Assembly: GCA_024704765.1 (NCBI GenBank)
Contig: JAKMXF010000199.1
Span: forward strand, 434,001 to 498,000
Source of the DNA: Oopsacas minuta
Taxonomy: Eukaryota; Animalia; Porifera
DNA: 64,000 nucleotides
Direction: 5' to 3'
Shown: one piece after another, positions 52,536 to 64,000 of the stretch
Numbering within the stretch: the first letter of the stretch is position 1
How the letters are laid out: the number at the start of each line of letters is the position of its first letter
Notes under the pieces: generated by a model
Databases searched by the model: none
What the model was told of the DNA's origin: nothing
The model's input: the letters and a program-made list of their open reading frames with translations, nothing else
Program-made: the position numbers and the translations under genes

Positions 52536-53857
52536 TCAGGGCGTTCAATAAGTCTTGCGGGTCATGATATATCTTAGGAATTAGTCAAGTAATATATCTA
52601 ACTTTCATATATTATAAGCACATTTAGTTAAACTCCATATACTGAAAGTTTCAATCTTATTCAATTCAAATTATGAACTTTTGAGATAGTTACGTGTAGT
52701 CAATTTAAACCCACGGTGGAATTTATGGCTTCAAAGGATGAAAATTTCAACCTCAAATGGTGAGCTTACATAGAGTTTCGCACAATACTCAAGATCCAGC
52801 CCGTACAGATCTTCAGCGAGTTAGAGGAGATACTGTGGATTGCCATTCCAGATCTACTGTAGAGCGATGGGCTGCCAGTTTTAGATCAGGTGATGCTGAT
52901 CTCACAGATTTGCCTCGATCTGGAAGACTGGCATCTGCCACAACTTCAGAGAATATCGCACTAATTCAAAGTATGGTCATGGAAGACAAATGCATTACTG
53001 TCAATCAGTTAGAACAAAGTATGGAGATTTCATCGGGAGCTATTCATACAATTCTGAAGACTGAGCTTGGCTATCGATCGATTGTGGGAAATGGGTCTCG
53101 CATAAGCTCAGTAAGAATCAAAGTTTGGCACGACTGAATATTGCCAAGAACTCTTGGGAACTTATGAAAACTGCGATTCTAGACGCCTAATAGAGATTAT
53201 TACTAGTGACGAGACGTGGGTGTACTATTCAACACCATATAGCAAGTATAAGAAGCGATCATGGGTGAGGGGCGACGAACAACTGGCGAAAATTCCCAGG
53301 CCCGACTTCAGAAAACCCAAGATTATGCACCATCTTCTTCAGTGGTCATGGAATTGTCTTGCAATTACCTTGTCAGAGTGGCAAGGCTGTTACTGCTACT
53401 TTCTTTACAGAGCAAGTGCTTCCAAATTTGATTAAAAATATAGAAAAGTACCGCCCGAAAACAGGAACTCGAGGAATGAAGATTTTAACTGATAACGCCA
53501 GTTCCCAACAGCTAAGCTTACTAAAAATTTCTTGGATGTAGAAGGGTTAGAATTACTTCCCCATCAACCATACTCACCAGACCTAGCACCGTGTGATTTT
53601 TGGCTATTCCCCAAGCTTAAAATCTACCTTCAAGGCAAAGATTTTAACAAATTCCAAGCACTCGGAACGGGCCTGTACCAGTACTTCAAATCCATCCCCG
53701 AAGAAGAGTACAGAAACGTTTTACAAGTGGGTGGAAGGTTAAAACTTTGTGTATCTGCATCAGAGGATACTTTGAATATATATTATGGTGAATTAGTGTG
53801 TATAGTGTTTGTATCATATTTTATGATATCACCTGCAAGACTTATTTTACGCCTTAG
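52536..53857 (+). mobile_element. mariner (DD34D) element, frameshifted
   Basis: TIRs (TA)TCAGGGCGTTCAATAAGTCTTGC with a degenerate right copy; PRSGR, ITSDETWVY, TDNAS and PYSPDLAPCDFWLFP. Right end approximate. Confidence 0.9.
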
Positions 53858-56073
53858 CATATGCTGTGGTCATATAATAACAAAATATGCAATTTCAATT
53901 GTCGCTGTGAAAGCATCCATATATTTAAGTAGATTCACTAGCAAGAGGAATTAAATAACTAAAATGTATAGTAAATTTGTCATATTCATAAAGATTCCTT
54001 GATTTAACTTATATTTAAGATCTAAGATAGTAAAGATCAATATAGCTAACCAAAAATTTATGGAGTGTGTAAATTTGCCAGGAGGGGCTCATATTTTCCC
54101 AGGGGGGCTCAGCCCCCCCTTGCTACGGCCCTGAATAACACCCATTATATACTCCTCACTTTGCAAGTGACATATATGAATAAGTTAAGGTATTATAAAT
54201 ATTCTTCTCATGGTATACATGTAGATCATCATCATTATTATCATCATCATCATCATAACGAAAAGAATATGCACAATACATAAGCATTCTGTAATGTCAA
54301 AATTTGTATGGGTTTGGCTCCTTTCAATATAAATGAAAATTAGTGTCACTTTCCAATTCTTGACCGATTGTTGCATTCTTTTCACCTATCTCTATTATTT
54401 CTAAGTACTACCACATTACAATAGCCACATCTTCATTGAAACCCATTTTCATCAATTTGGTTACTACTATAGTTGTACCGCGTTTTGTGCGTCAACACCC
54501 TTACAAAGACATGGATATTGGATGTCAAGTATTCAGAGCACTTGATTTGATGTAATTTACTATTTTGTTGGAAACTTTATGCACAAATTTACTCCATCTG
54601 GCAAAGTCTCTACTGCCAATGTTTCTCTATGTAATATTCATTGTTGTCCTGTAATTACGGAGCAGAATGTTACGTGTGTTTCATGAATCCTGAACGACAA
54701 CCAAGAATTGCAAGAGCACCATCTGTGCAAATGGATAATAGTTTTTCACATTCAAGGCCTTCACGTTCGATAAAGGAACTTACTGTATTGTAGATATTGA
54801 TTCCACGTGTTTATAAGTCAATTAGTTCATAAAAGATTTAGATTTAAATTCCGATTTATAGATGTACCGAACGAATTCATTGAGTTGAGAACATGATCCA
54901 ACATGTGTGGATTCATCCAATTGTAGGCAAAAACATCCTGAGGTGGATTCTTTAATCTCTCCCACAAATTGATTCTTAATAACCCAGAATGATCCATAAT
55001 TGGTAGCCACACAGTTTTATCGGACAAATATGTTATATTAAGTTTTCTCTCTGCATCATTACCAATCATAGTGTGTACAATGTCTTTTGTGAATGGAAGG
55101 ATTAATTCTCCTCCAATTGTATGAGGTATTTTTGCTTTTCTAATCCGTAATGATTTAATATAAGAATCTTCTATGGCTGATTTTAGCTAGCAATGAATTA
55201 ACTAGTAATATCGAGTTTAATCCTCTTCACAGTCTCCACCTTTCATCGAAAGAAAGAAATATCTTTACCCTTATAATCGAGATGTTCCTTTTTAAAATGT
55301 CTTCTTAACTGGGATGGTTTTATTGATTCAGATGAAATTACTTTGCTAGTTAGTGAACACCTCGATATATTTGAAATCATCTTTAAAATGTCTCACTGGT
55401 ACTTTTTCACAAATAGAAACCCCAGCTGGGTTAATACCCCCATCCCCTTGTGTTGCGTATATACAAGTAATCATAGCGCCAAAATTTACCTCGGTATTGA
55501 ATATGATCTTGTACAAATAGGGACATATATGCACAATGTGAAGTCATGCACGAGTATTTAAAGCTTCAAACTGAACCCAGGGTAGTGCATGTACAAGTAT
55601 ATCTAGGGTCACAATACCCCAGTGTAATGTATGCACGAGTATTTATAGGGTCAAAAATGAACTCTGTGTTGAACATACACAAATATTCATGGGGTAACAT
55701 ATGACCTCGGTGTTGTGCATGTGCATGATTTGCAGGGTCAATAATAACCCTGTAAAGTGCATGTACAAGTAATATGGGAAATAAATTAACTCAATGTAGT
55801 TCATGTGCAAGGATTTACAGGGTCAATAATCACTCCAGTGGCGTTCATGTACAAGTGTATATAATGTGGAAATAACACCAGTGTAGTGCTTGTACATGTA
55901 TTTTTGTATCCAAATGACCATTGTATAGCACATGCACTAGAAATTATGGGTTCATATATGAGCCATATGTTGTGCAACTACAAATATTTACAGTGTCAAA
56001 AATGACCTCTGTGTTGAACATCACTAGTATTTATGGGATCAAATATGACCTATGTGTAGTATATGTACATGTA

Positions 56074-57419
56074 CAGGGTGTTAAGAAACTGATGCCCTAA
56101 TTATATTTGAGTAACAGTTTGAAATCAGCGGTATAGAAAGTTGTGATCACTTTCCAATATAACCGCCTTTACGTTTTATACATAATTTAACTCTATTACA
56201 CATCCCAGATACTAAATTCTCCAAAATTTCTGGAGATATCCTCGACCAAGCCAGCTTTACATGATTTTCCAGCATCAAAACGTTGGTTGGAGTAGGCATC
56301 ATTTGAATATCATGTTTGACTATTGACCACAAATTTTCAATCGGATTGAGGTCCGGAGAGTTACCTGGCCAAGTTTCCTTTGTCCAAAATTCGACTAAAT
56401 TGTTATCACACCATTTTTGCGTTTTTTTGGCAGTGTGAGCCGGAGCACCATCCTGTTGAAAGATGGCTCGTGACATGTCTGGCAACATCTTGCGACGTAA
56501 AATACTTGCTTCTTCTGGTTGGCGCTGCATAGTAGACATCAATGACTTATTCAATATCTCTCTTACAAAATAATCCGTGTTAACAGTTTGACCTTTGGGG
56601 ATGATATGGAGTTCTGACACTGCACGATATGACATCATACCCCAAACGAGGATTTTTGAGGGGAATTTCACGGTTTCAGTTGGTAAAACTTGAGACTGTT
56701 TGTAAGCCCAGACACGATCATTCTGATGGTTTAAGTGAGGATATAATTCGAAGGGAGACTCATCTGAGAACAATACCCGGCGCCACTCTTCTTTTTTCCA
56801 GGATTTCCGATCTTTACAAAATTGAAGGCGAGCCATCCGCTGTTTTTCGGTGATTTTTGGCTGTTTTTGAGGTTTAAAGGGCTTGACAGAGAGTGTACTT
56901 CTTAAATATGTATGTACTGTTACATGAGACACTGGGCATCCCTTGGAGTGTAAGCGCTTAGCCAATCTCCGCGTTGATTGGTGTCTTTTGCAAATCGATT
57001 TTGCAATGACGATTTTAGCAATTTTTGTGATTGTGGATTTGCGTCCACGTCCAGGCTTGTTTTCGAGGGAGCGACCTAACTTAGTGCGGCTCAACCAACG
57101 TCGAATTGTTCGAATGTTTACTCCTAAGCTCTGTGAAACCCGTATCTGAGTCATTCCACCCAATACCATTCCTACTGCCCTGCTTCTTGTGGGGGAAGTA
57201 GCTTCTTTGACCATTATTATACGCTATAATTTGTACAATCGGGTTTGATGATATACAAAATAGAAATTGGCATTCTGACTGAGAATGGTATACTAAAATT
57301 GTCTAAAACTGGTTGTTAAAATGAAATAAGCGTGGGTGTATTTCATAAAATTGAACACTGAAACTATGGTTACATTATTGTGGATTAAGTGATTAGGGCA
57401 TCAATTTCTTAACACCCTG
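56074..57419 (-). mobile_element. Intact Tc1-like DD37E element
   Basis: TA TSD; 28-bp TIRs CAGGGTGTTAAGAAA(C/T)TGATGCCCTAAT with one mismatch; uninterrupted ORF. Confidence 0.97.
56147..57214 (-). CDS. Tc1-like DD37E transposase, 355 aa, apparently intact
   Basis: HTH plus PGRGRK, FSDESPF, FQQDGAPAHT and WPGNSPDLNPIENLW; 37 residues D-to-E. Confidence 0.95.
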   Translation of the reverse strand: MVKEATSPTRSRAVGMVLGGMTQIRVSQSLGVNIRTIRRWLSRTKLGRSLENKPGRGRKSTITKIAKIVIAKSICKRHQSTRRLAKRLHSKGCPVSHVTVHTYLRSTLSVKPFKPQKQPKITEKQRMARLQFCKDRKSWKKEEWRRVLFSDESPFELYPHLNHQNDRVWAYKQSQVLPTETVKFPSKILVWGMMSYRAVSELHIIPKGQTVNTDYFVREILNKSLMSTMQRQPEEASILRRKMLPDMSRAIFQQDGAPAHTAKKTQKWCDNNLVEFWTKETWPGNSPDLNPIENLWSIVKHDIQMMPTPTNVLMLENHVKLAWSRISPEILENLVSGMCNRVKLCIKRKGGYIGK

Positions 57420-58131
57420 TATATATATAGGGTCAGAATACATCCAGTGTAATGAAGGCAGGAGTGTATATTTATAGGGTAAAAATGACCCCAGTGTAGT
57501 GCATGGGCAAGCATTCATAGGGCCAAAATGACCTCTGTGTAGTACAAAGATACATAGAGTCAAAAATGGCGACATTATACAAAAGTGCAAATTCTTTATG
57601 AAAAAACTATCAAACAAAAGACAGTATGAATTGTGAAATACAATTTTTGTTGAGTAATAAATTGCTATTTACTGACCTTTGTGACGTCGGAAGATGATTT
57701 TTTCAAATTTGAATTTTTAACCAGTTTTTGTCCCAATCACTTTGGCTACAGATCTCAAAAATGTTAATAGGCTCAATATCTGGCTTGTGACTGTTTAAAT
57801 TACAGCCATTCTATATTTGCGACAATTTCTCAAAACATTACGAACATCTAACAAACCCTTTCTGAGGTATGCCCCCTTGTATGTGAATATCGGGTGTTGA
57901 GGAACATGTCCCCGCAACTTTCAATTTTTTCACAAATGACCAAAACTGATGCTATATATCAATTTCTCGGTATTATCATGTGCATTATTATCGAAAAGTG
58001 TGCTATGAGTTATATTAGTTCCCATAACTATCATTTGAGACTATTATTCGAGTTATGGGGTTGAAGAATGAACACTTGTCCATTATTGGACTATTAAACA
58101 TAAATCATGAAATATTTACAGTATATATATA

Positions 58132-59485
58132 CAGTCTGTCCAAGAATTATTGCAACACCAAGCCATTTATAGTCAAACCACAATTTACTGAATACGTAAC
58201 TAGCTATATACTCGAAACATTCCAATTTCAAAAACTGATACGTTACCTCTCTATTCCGTTTAATTTTTTCAAAAAACATTATTATTGTTCTCAGTCACTT
58301 AATACATAATTATGATGTCACTGTTTTAATAGAATTCATTCGTAATCAGCGTTTTTTCCCTTAACAATTTAGCATAGATTATTTCAATGGCTCAAGAGTC
58401 ATCCAGAATAAAGATTGAGACTCTGTTGAATGGAGGTAAACATACGCCTACTGAGATTTCACGACTTTTGAAAGTGAATCGGACTACTGTCTATAGGGTG
58501 AGAAAACGACTTGATGCCGGTGTTTCCATTAAACACAAACAAGGAAGTGGGAGACCTGGTAAAATATGCAAGAGCATTAAGTATTCTGCTGCACAGATAA
58601 TTAAATCAGATCCAGAGATCAGTTTACGCAAACTGGCAAATAAATTAACAGAGAAAAAGAAGATGAAAGTTTGTAAGAGTACTGTTCATTGGACACTGCG
58701 TCATCTAAAGTATTCTAAGCCTTTTCCCACACAAATTCCATTGTTATCTGAAAAAAATCGGTTGTTTAGGATTGAGTGGGCGCGTAAGAACATGAATAAA
58801 TTATGGTGCCGGGCTGTTTTTGCGGATGATGCATCTTTTTGGTAGAATAGGGGGAGAGTCAGAATGTGGACAAATCGGGAAAAAAACGGTTCCAAAAAAC
58901 AACGAAGCATTCGTCAAAATTACCCATTTGGGCGGCATTTTCGTCTTTTGGGACGTTTCCTATCTGTATTTTTCGACAGAACTTGGACGCGAAGCTGTTT
59001 GTTAATATTTTAAAATGGCATTTAATCGACCAGGCGGAGGTATTTCATGGAAACCGCTGGTTTCTTGTTCAAGACAATGATCCTAAGCACAAATCAAAGT
59101 TAGTCAAAGGATGAATGTCTGAGAATATGCCGAAATGTGTGTTTGAATGGCCAAGTGAATCACCAGATCTTAACCTATCGAATATGTGTTTGCAGTCTTG
59201 AAGGGACATGTTAGCAAACAACATCCTAAGAACTTAGCAGAGCTGGAAACTTCTATTTTGGGAGTTTGGGATTCACTGTCACCGGAATTCCTAAGACCTT
59301 ATTGGAAATCAATGAAGCGTAGGTGTCAGATGGTGATTGACAATAACGGAAATAAGATTAACTACTAATTTGAGTATACTGTAAACTAATTGATATCACC
59401 TTAAACAATATATGACATAAAATTCAGATGTTTTTATAGAATAACATTTACTTTAACAGTGTTGCAATAATTCTTGGACAGACTG
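58132..59485 (+). mobile_element. Tc1-like DD35E element, degenerate, nested in the Chapaev left TIR
   Basis: TA TSD; perfect 27-bp TIRs CAGTCTGTCCAAGAATTATTGCAACAC; transposase 58387-59368 with stops and a frameshift, clearly related to 14667-16034. Confidence 0.95.
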
Positions 59486-59718
59486 TATATATATATTCTT
59501 ATACTAATTATATTCAAAGTCTGTGAATCCACAAATATGGCTGTATTAACATGCCCATTAGATACTGATTATTATTGACAATTCGGCCATTTGAAATATA
59601 TAATGGTCCTTGATTTTCTAGATAAGTATACTATAACCACTATATATAGTATAATAAATATTTGATTAAGTTGTATTTCGCAATTCAATCCTCAATATTT
59701 CCATTGTGATATTTCTAA

Positions 59719-61897
59719 ATGGCCATACCAATTGAAGTATCATCTCTCTATGATAATTATCATCTTGATATTCTTTATCGAGATTGTAGGTTTTGTTGCA
59801 ATCGGCTTGCTTCCAAAGCTCTGGTAAGGGAACCCCTTCGGCAACCAACTCCGCAACTGGTATCAAATAGAGCCCAGAAATATTACCAAGTTAACTTTGC
59901 ACCAGTGGTAGGTGATTTACTAACACCAAAAGTGTTATGTAGCATTTGTCGGGCTAAGTTTTCAAACTTAGAAAAAGGAAAATTGACTTTCAATAAATGG
60001 GAACAAGATCGAAAGAATATCGAGTTTCCACAAACAATTGAAGAAAGGCTATATATCACGAGAAGAACTGTGGGGTGTAACTCAGAATATCGCAATCAAA
60101 TTTGGCAGGTCTTTGCATCTTCTCTCAACAATTACATAACGAAGAATAAAATCAGAACCCTAGACCTGGTAGGCCATTAGAATAGTTACCATACAGACCG
60201 ATGTGTTGCAAATGTGGGAAATATATGGAAAATCACTCTAAGAAAATTTGTCAAAGCATTATGTTACACCTATTAAATATTCAAATGCAGGTGCGCTATT
60301 TGCCGAAAGAGCAGAAGCTTCAGGTTTCACTAGTGAAGTTGCAGCAAAATACACTAAAAACACACCAATACAAGTGGACGATCTTCATATTCCAGTTAGT
60401 TTGCATCATCCTTACGATTCCAACCACCAAATCGTGGTATCTACAGTTGACTATGCAGGCTGCAATCGTGTGAATACATAAATGAGCTTTGAAGCTGCTC
60501 GAAATATTCAAAGATTAGGCCACCCAGATCTTGGAAAACTTTCTTACCGGGAATTAGTCAGAATACTACCTCGAGAAGGAGTTACGTTCCCTGCTGGTCG
60601 AATCAAAGGAGCTTGGGATGAAAAATTGTTTGTTTCGGTGTGTATTTTACGCAAGGTACACTTGAGATATACCGTGGCAATATGGCTATTCTACCAGAGC
60701 CGATACCATTTTGTTTTGCATTGATAACAAAGTCCTTCAAATATTGGAACCCATAACCAATTCAATCGAATTTCCCGTTTAGTATTACATATCGATGGGA
60801 AGAAAGATTTTTTGAAGATATCTGTGAACATTCTCTCCATGAAGCCCAAAAGTATATATATATGCCAATTACTAATAGTGTCCTAACTAATTTTGTCATA
60901 GCTATGGGAAAGGGTCCTGAGAACTATCACAATCTGAAACACTTGTTTACTTATCCATCAATACATAAACTATTCACTTTTGATTTTCTAGTCCAAACTG
61001 CTTGCGAGTTTAAAGTAGCAGCTCTGCTTGTTGCGATCCAACAATCTTCCAGCAATTTCCCTTGTCTCTTTTGTTCGTGGTGCAATGCTACTTTATGTAC
61101 CGGTATAACTAATCAATAGAGGAACCGTGAAGAATCGTTAATAGATATTTCCAAAATATCATAACGTCATCAATGAACCTATCATTATTAGGACTGAGTC
61201 AGTTTTGGAAAAATTGCTCTCGCTCCATTACTTATTCTTTTGGGATTGGTAAACAAATTATACAGTATTACAAGGCCTAGTGATTGTTGATCTAATATCT
61301 TCAGATCAGAATATTGAAAAGGTACTCTCGAGGGCAATTCATGTTCAAGCTCTTAGACTATTTAGATGTATCCAATTCCCGAAATTTTCTGCAAATTCGA
61401 AAGTGCATTAATTGCATTGAAGCATGTAAAAGAGAAGTGTCAATGCAATGTAAAGAAAGTTTGATGGCCTACAGTATTAGAAATTTTCATGGCATGGTAT
61501 AATATAGGTTTGTCATGGTCTTTGAAATCGCATATTCTCTCAGTTCATAATGAAGAGTATTTCAGTTATTATGAAATTATCCCTGATGCAGGAGCAGCCA
61601 TCAGTTAAGAGCAAGTGGTGAAATACTCCATTCACGATTATAACGAGTATGGATCATCTCTTCAAGACAAGAGCAGAAAATCCTATTTACTCACAACGTC
61701 TTGTTGATTATATGGTCACATACAATTATAACCTGGAGTGGGATAGAGCTTTGAGATCAAACGCTGAAAATCTCGAAAAATATATTCAAGAAATTGATAT
61801 TGATGACGAATTGATTGAAGAGAATGAAAAGAGAGTAGAATTGCATAATTGGCTAACTGATTCTGAAAATTCAGATCTAAGTGATTTAGATTGTTAG
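59719..61897 (+). pseudogene. Chapaev transposase with N-terminal Chapa zinc finger, multiple stops and frameshifts
   Basis: H-x7-CRFC...D.LTPKVLCSIC, CCKCGK..H..C, LHIDGKKDFLKISVNI, GPENYHNL, ACEFKVAALLVAIQ..SSNFPCLFC, LLGLVNKLY, EGNSC and SGEILHS in Chapaev order. Confidence 0.85.
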
Positions 61898-64000
61898 CAA
61901 ATAACTAAATACACTTTTACAATTCCAAAAAAAGATTCATTATGCTCAACTATGTAGGTATCTAATAAATATGAGAAATTATAACATATATATGCTGTAA
62001 ATATTGAATGATTGAGTTTTAATACTACCAATTATGGATAGGTGTTCATTATTCAAATTGTACTCTCAAATGGTAGTAATGGATACCATTATGACCATAT
62101 ATAGCACACTTATGGATAATAATGCACATGAATAATACCGAGAAATTTGATATATAGTATCAATTTTGGTCATTTGCGAAAAAATTGAAAGTCACGGGGG
62201 ATATGTCCCTCAAACACCCGATATTCACATACAAGGGGACATACCTCAGAAAGGGTTTGTTAGATATTCGTAATGTTTTGAGAAATTGTCGCAGATATAG
62301 AATAGCTGTAATATAAATAGTCACAAGCCAGATATTGAGTCAAATTAACCTTCTTGAGATCTGTAGCCAAAGTGATTAGGACAAAACAGCTCAAAATTCA
62401 AATTTGAAAAAATCATCTTCCGACGTCACAAAGGTCAGTAAATAGCAATTCCTTACTCAACAAACATTGTGTTACATAATCTATATGCTCTTTTGCGTTG
62501 AAATTTTTATAATCGTTTCATAGATAATTTACACCCGTGTGTAGTGCATGTACAAGTATTTATATGCTCAAAAATTACCTCACTGTGGTGCATGTGCAAG
62601 TAATAATAGTTTCAAAAATGATCCCATGTAGATAATAAACAAGTATTTATTGAGTTAAATAGGACCCCAGTGTAGTGAATATACAAGTATCTACATGATC
62701 AAAAATGACCTCAGTGTAGACAGTGCACAAGTGTTCTAGGGCAAAAATGATCCCAGTTTAGAGCATGTACAAGTATTTACAGGGTAAATATTACCTCAGT
62801 CTAGTACATGCACTAGTATTTATACCGTCAAAAATTACCCTGTGTAGTGCATGAACGGGACTATAAAAGGTCAAAAAGACACCGGTGTTGTGCATTTACG
62901 AGTATATATAGGATTAAAAATGAACACTGTGGAGTGGGAGTACAAGTGTTTTCAGTTTTAAAAATTACCTCTGTGTATTGCATCTACGTGTATTTACAGG
63001 GTCAATATTTACCCCAGGGTGGTGAGTATACTAGTAGTTATAGGCTTAAACATGACCCCAGTGTAGTACATAGTATTAATAGGGTCAAGAGCGACCTCTG
63101 TTTATTCATGTTCAACTATTTATAGGGTAAAGATTACCAGAGTCTAGTACATGCAGTAGTATTTATAGGGTCCAAATTGACCCCAATGTGGTGCAGGTAT
63201 AAGTGTATATAGGGTCAAAAATATCCTTTGTGCAAAGCATGGACTCTATGTATATTTTCAAAATTAACCCCAGTGTAGTGCATGTACTAGTATAAATTGG
63301 TTAAAAACTACTCTCTTTGTAGTACATCTCTACGATGTATGAGTGTAAATACGGTTCCAGTGTAGTGCATGCTCAAGTATTGATAGTGTCAAAATGACCT
63401 CTGTATATTGCATGTATAAGTCTTTATAGGGTAAAAATGATCCCAAATTCATGTACAAGTATAAATAGGCTCAAAACAGACCAGCCTGGAATCGGTACCC
63501 GAGTTTCCGACACTTGAGACTCGCACAGTTAAAATTATTAGTGATACTGATTTAGCTACAGCTCTCTGTAAGATTTCTGGGAAAGATACTCAACTCACAA
63601 TGTCACTATTCACGCATTTATGGTATGTGATTTTTGTTACCGACAAGAAATATTCGTGGTATTCAGTGCGATTATTTATTCTAATATGTTTTCAATAGAC
63701 AATCCTACGAAATCAGTTCCTCGAATTCAGGGTTTGCAAATCATTATCTTAGGGTATACCGGATTTAGCTCTTATGCACCCAGATTTGTATGCAAATTCA
63801 CCATGACTATCGAAGAGAGCATTGCTAGTACCTTAGGCAGATCATCATAGAATAGTCTCTATTTACTATTCTATGTTCGATGTTACTTCGGAACAAGTTG
63901 ACGTGTAATTAGATCAAAATCTATCCTCGGGAATGCTTTTTTGATACACTAGGACAGAAATATAGCAACCAAGGGGGGGGTAGCAGATTGCGAACTGTTT

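Larger units (their letters stand above)
50276..54133. mobile_element. Non-autonomous hAT element inserted in the Merlin-like arm
   Basis: TSD AATA(G/A)CAC at 50268-50275 and 54134-54141; right end GCTACGGCCCTG; left end truncated to GTAGCC; G/C-run subterminal motifs. Confidence 0.7.
49665..54479. mobile_element. Merlin-like foldback MITE (427-bp arms, 95-bp spacer) interrupted by a 3.9-kb nested block
   Basis: Perfect 8-bp TSD GCGTTTTG (49657-49664 and 54480-54487); ends GAAACAAC/GGTACAAC; left arm 49665-50091 is the inverse of 50187-50275 plus 54142-54479, including an ATG/CAT microsatellite in each arm. Confidence 0.8.
47749..55420 (-). mobile_element. Buster/Charlie-type hAT element, split by nested insertions
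   Basis: Left terminus CAGGGGCTTTCA preceded by ctcTAggg (nnnTAnnn target). 5' coding part 55420-54480: ESIKPSQLRRH, PHTIGGELILP, LQLDESTHV, TDGA, LHRE, IVNYIKSSALN. 3' part 49664-49130: KTLLYHTEDRWLSKG, WLLTLSYLLEIFERLNILNISLQ. Right terminus not found. Confidence 0.85.
57580..62539 (+). mobile_element. Chapaev (CMC) DNA transposon with ~570-bp TIRs
   Basis: Inverted arms 57580-58131 (plus ~59486-59510) and ~61963-62539; right end reads CACGGGTG, left end CAAAAGTG; 4-bp TSD TGTA/TATA in satellite register. Confidence 0.88.
55440..63480 (+). repeat. 43-44-bp satellite array 2, split into 55440-56073, 57420-57579 and 62540-63480 by two transposon insertions
   Basis: Units start at 62541, 62585, 62628, 62672 and 62716; the register continues across both insertions. 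Confidence 0.9.

Noticed and set aside
57580-62539. Transib/RAG transposon call from the CAC..GTG terminus
   Set aside because: The TSD is 4 bp rather than 5, and the core motifs match Chapaev; no RAG2-like ORF is seen.
55440-63480. Regular 43-44-bp periodicity as a possible CRISPR array
   Set aside because: Units are contiguous and degenerate with no unique spacers, no cas genes are present, and the context is eukaryotic.

Overview
AT-rich eukaryotic DNA, most likely from an invertebrate animal (inferred from the spliceosomal introns and the transposon families present). Only one host gene is recognisable: RPA1 (replication protein A 70-kDa subunit) on the minus strand. It has three coding exons (29954-29574, 11157-10795, 4868-4661), introns of about 18.4 kb and 5.9 kb, and the rest of the gene lies off the left edge. 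Almost everything else is layered transposon material. It includes three DD34D mariners plus a weaker fourth remnant, four DD37E Tc1-like elements (one intact, 56074-57419), two DD35E Tc1-like elements, a Chapaev3 element (TTA TSD), a Chapaev element with ~570-bp TIRs and a RAG1-N-terminal-like Chapa zinc finger, and several hAT elements (Tag1-like, Buster/Charlie, Tip100-like, MITEs). It also has a Merlin-like foldback MITE with 427-bp arms, a Mutator/Kolobok-like transposase with a decayed C-terminal PHD finger, an OTU protease remnant, CR1/L2 LINE fragments, and two arrays of a 43-44-bp satellite. From 47.7 to 63.5 kb the sequence can be reconstructed as a multi-level nest using target-site duplications. 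All family assignments are from motif recognition by eye; no database search was run.
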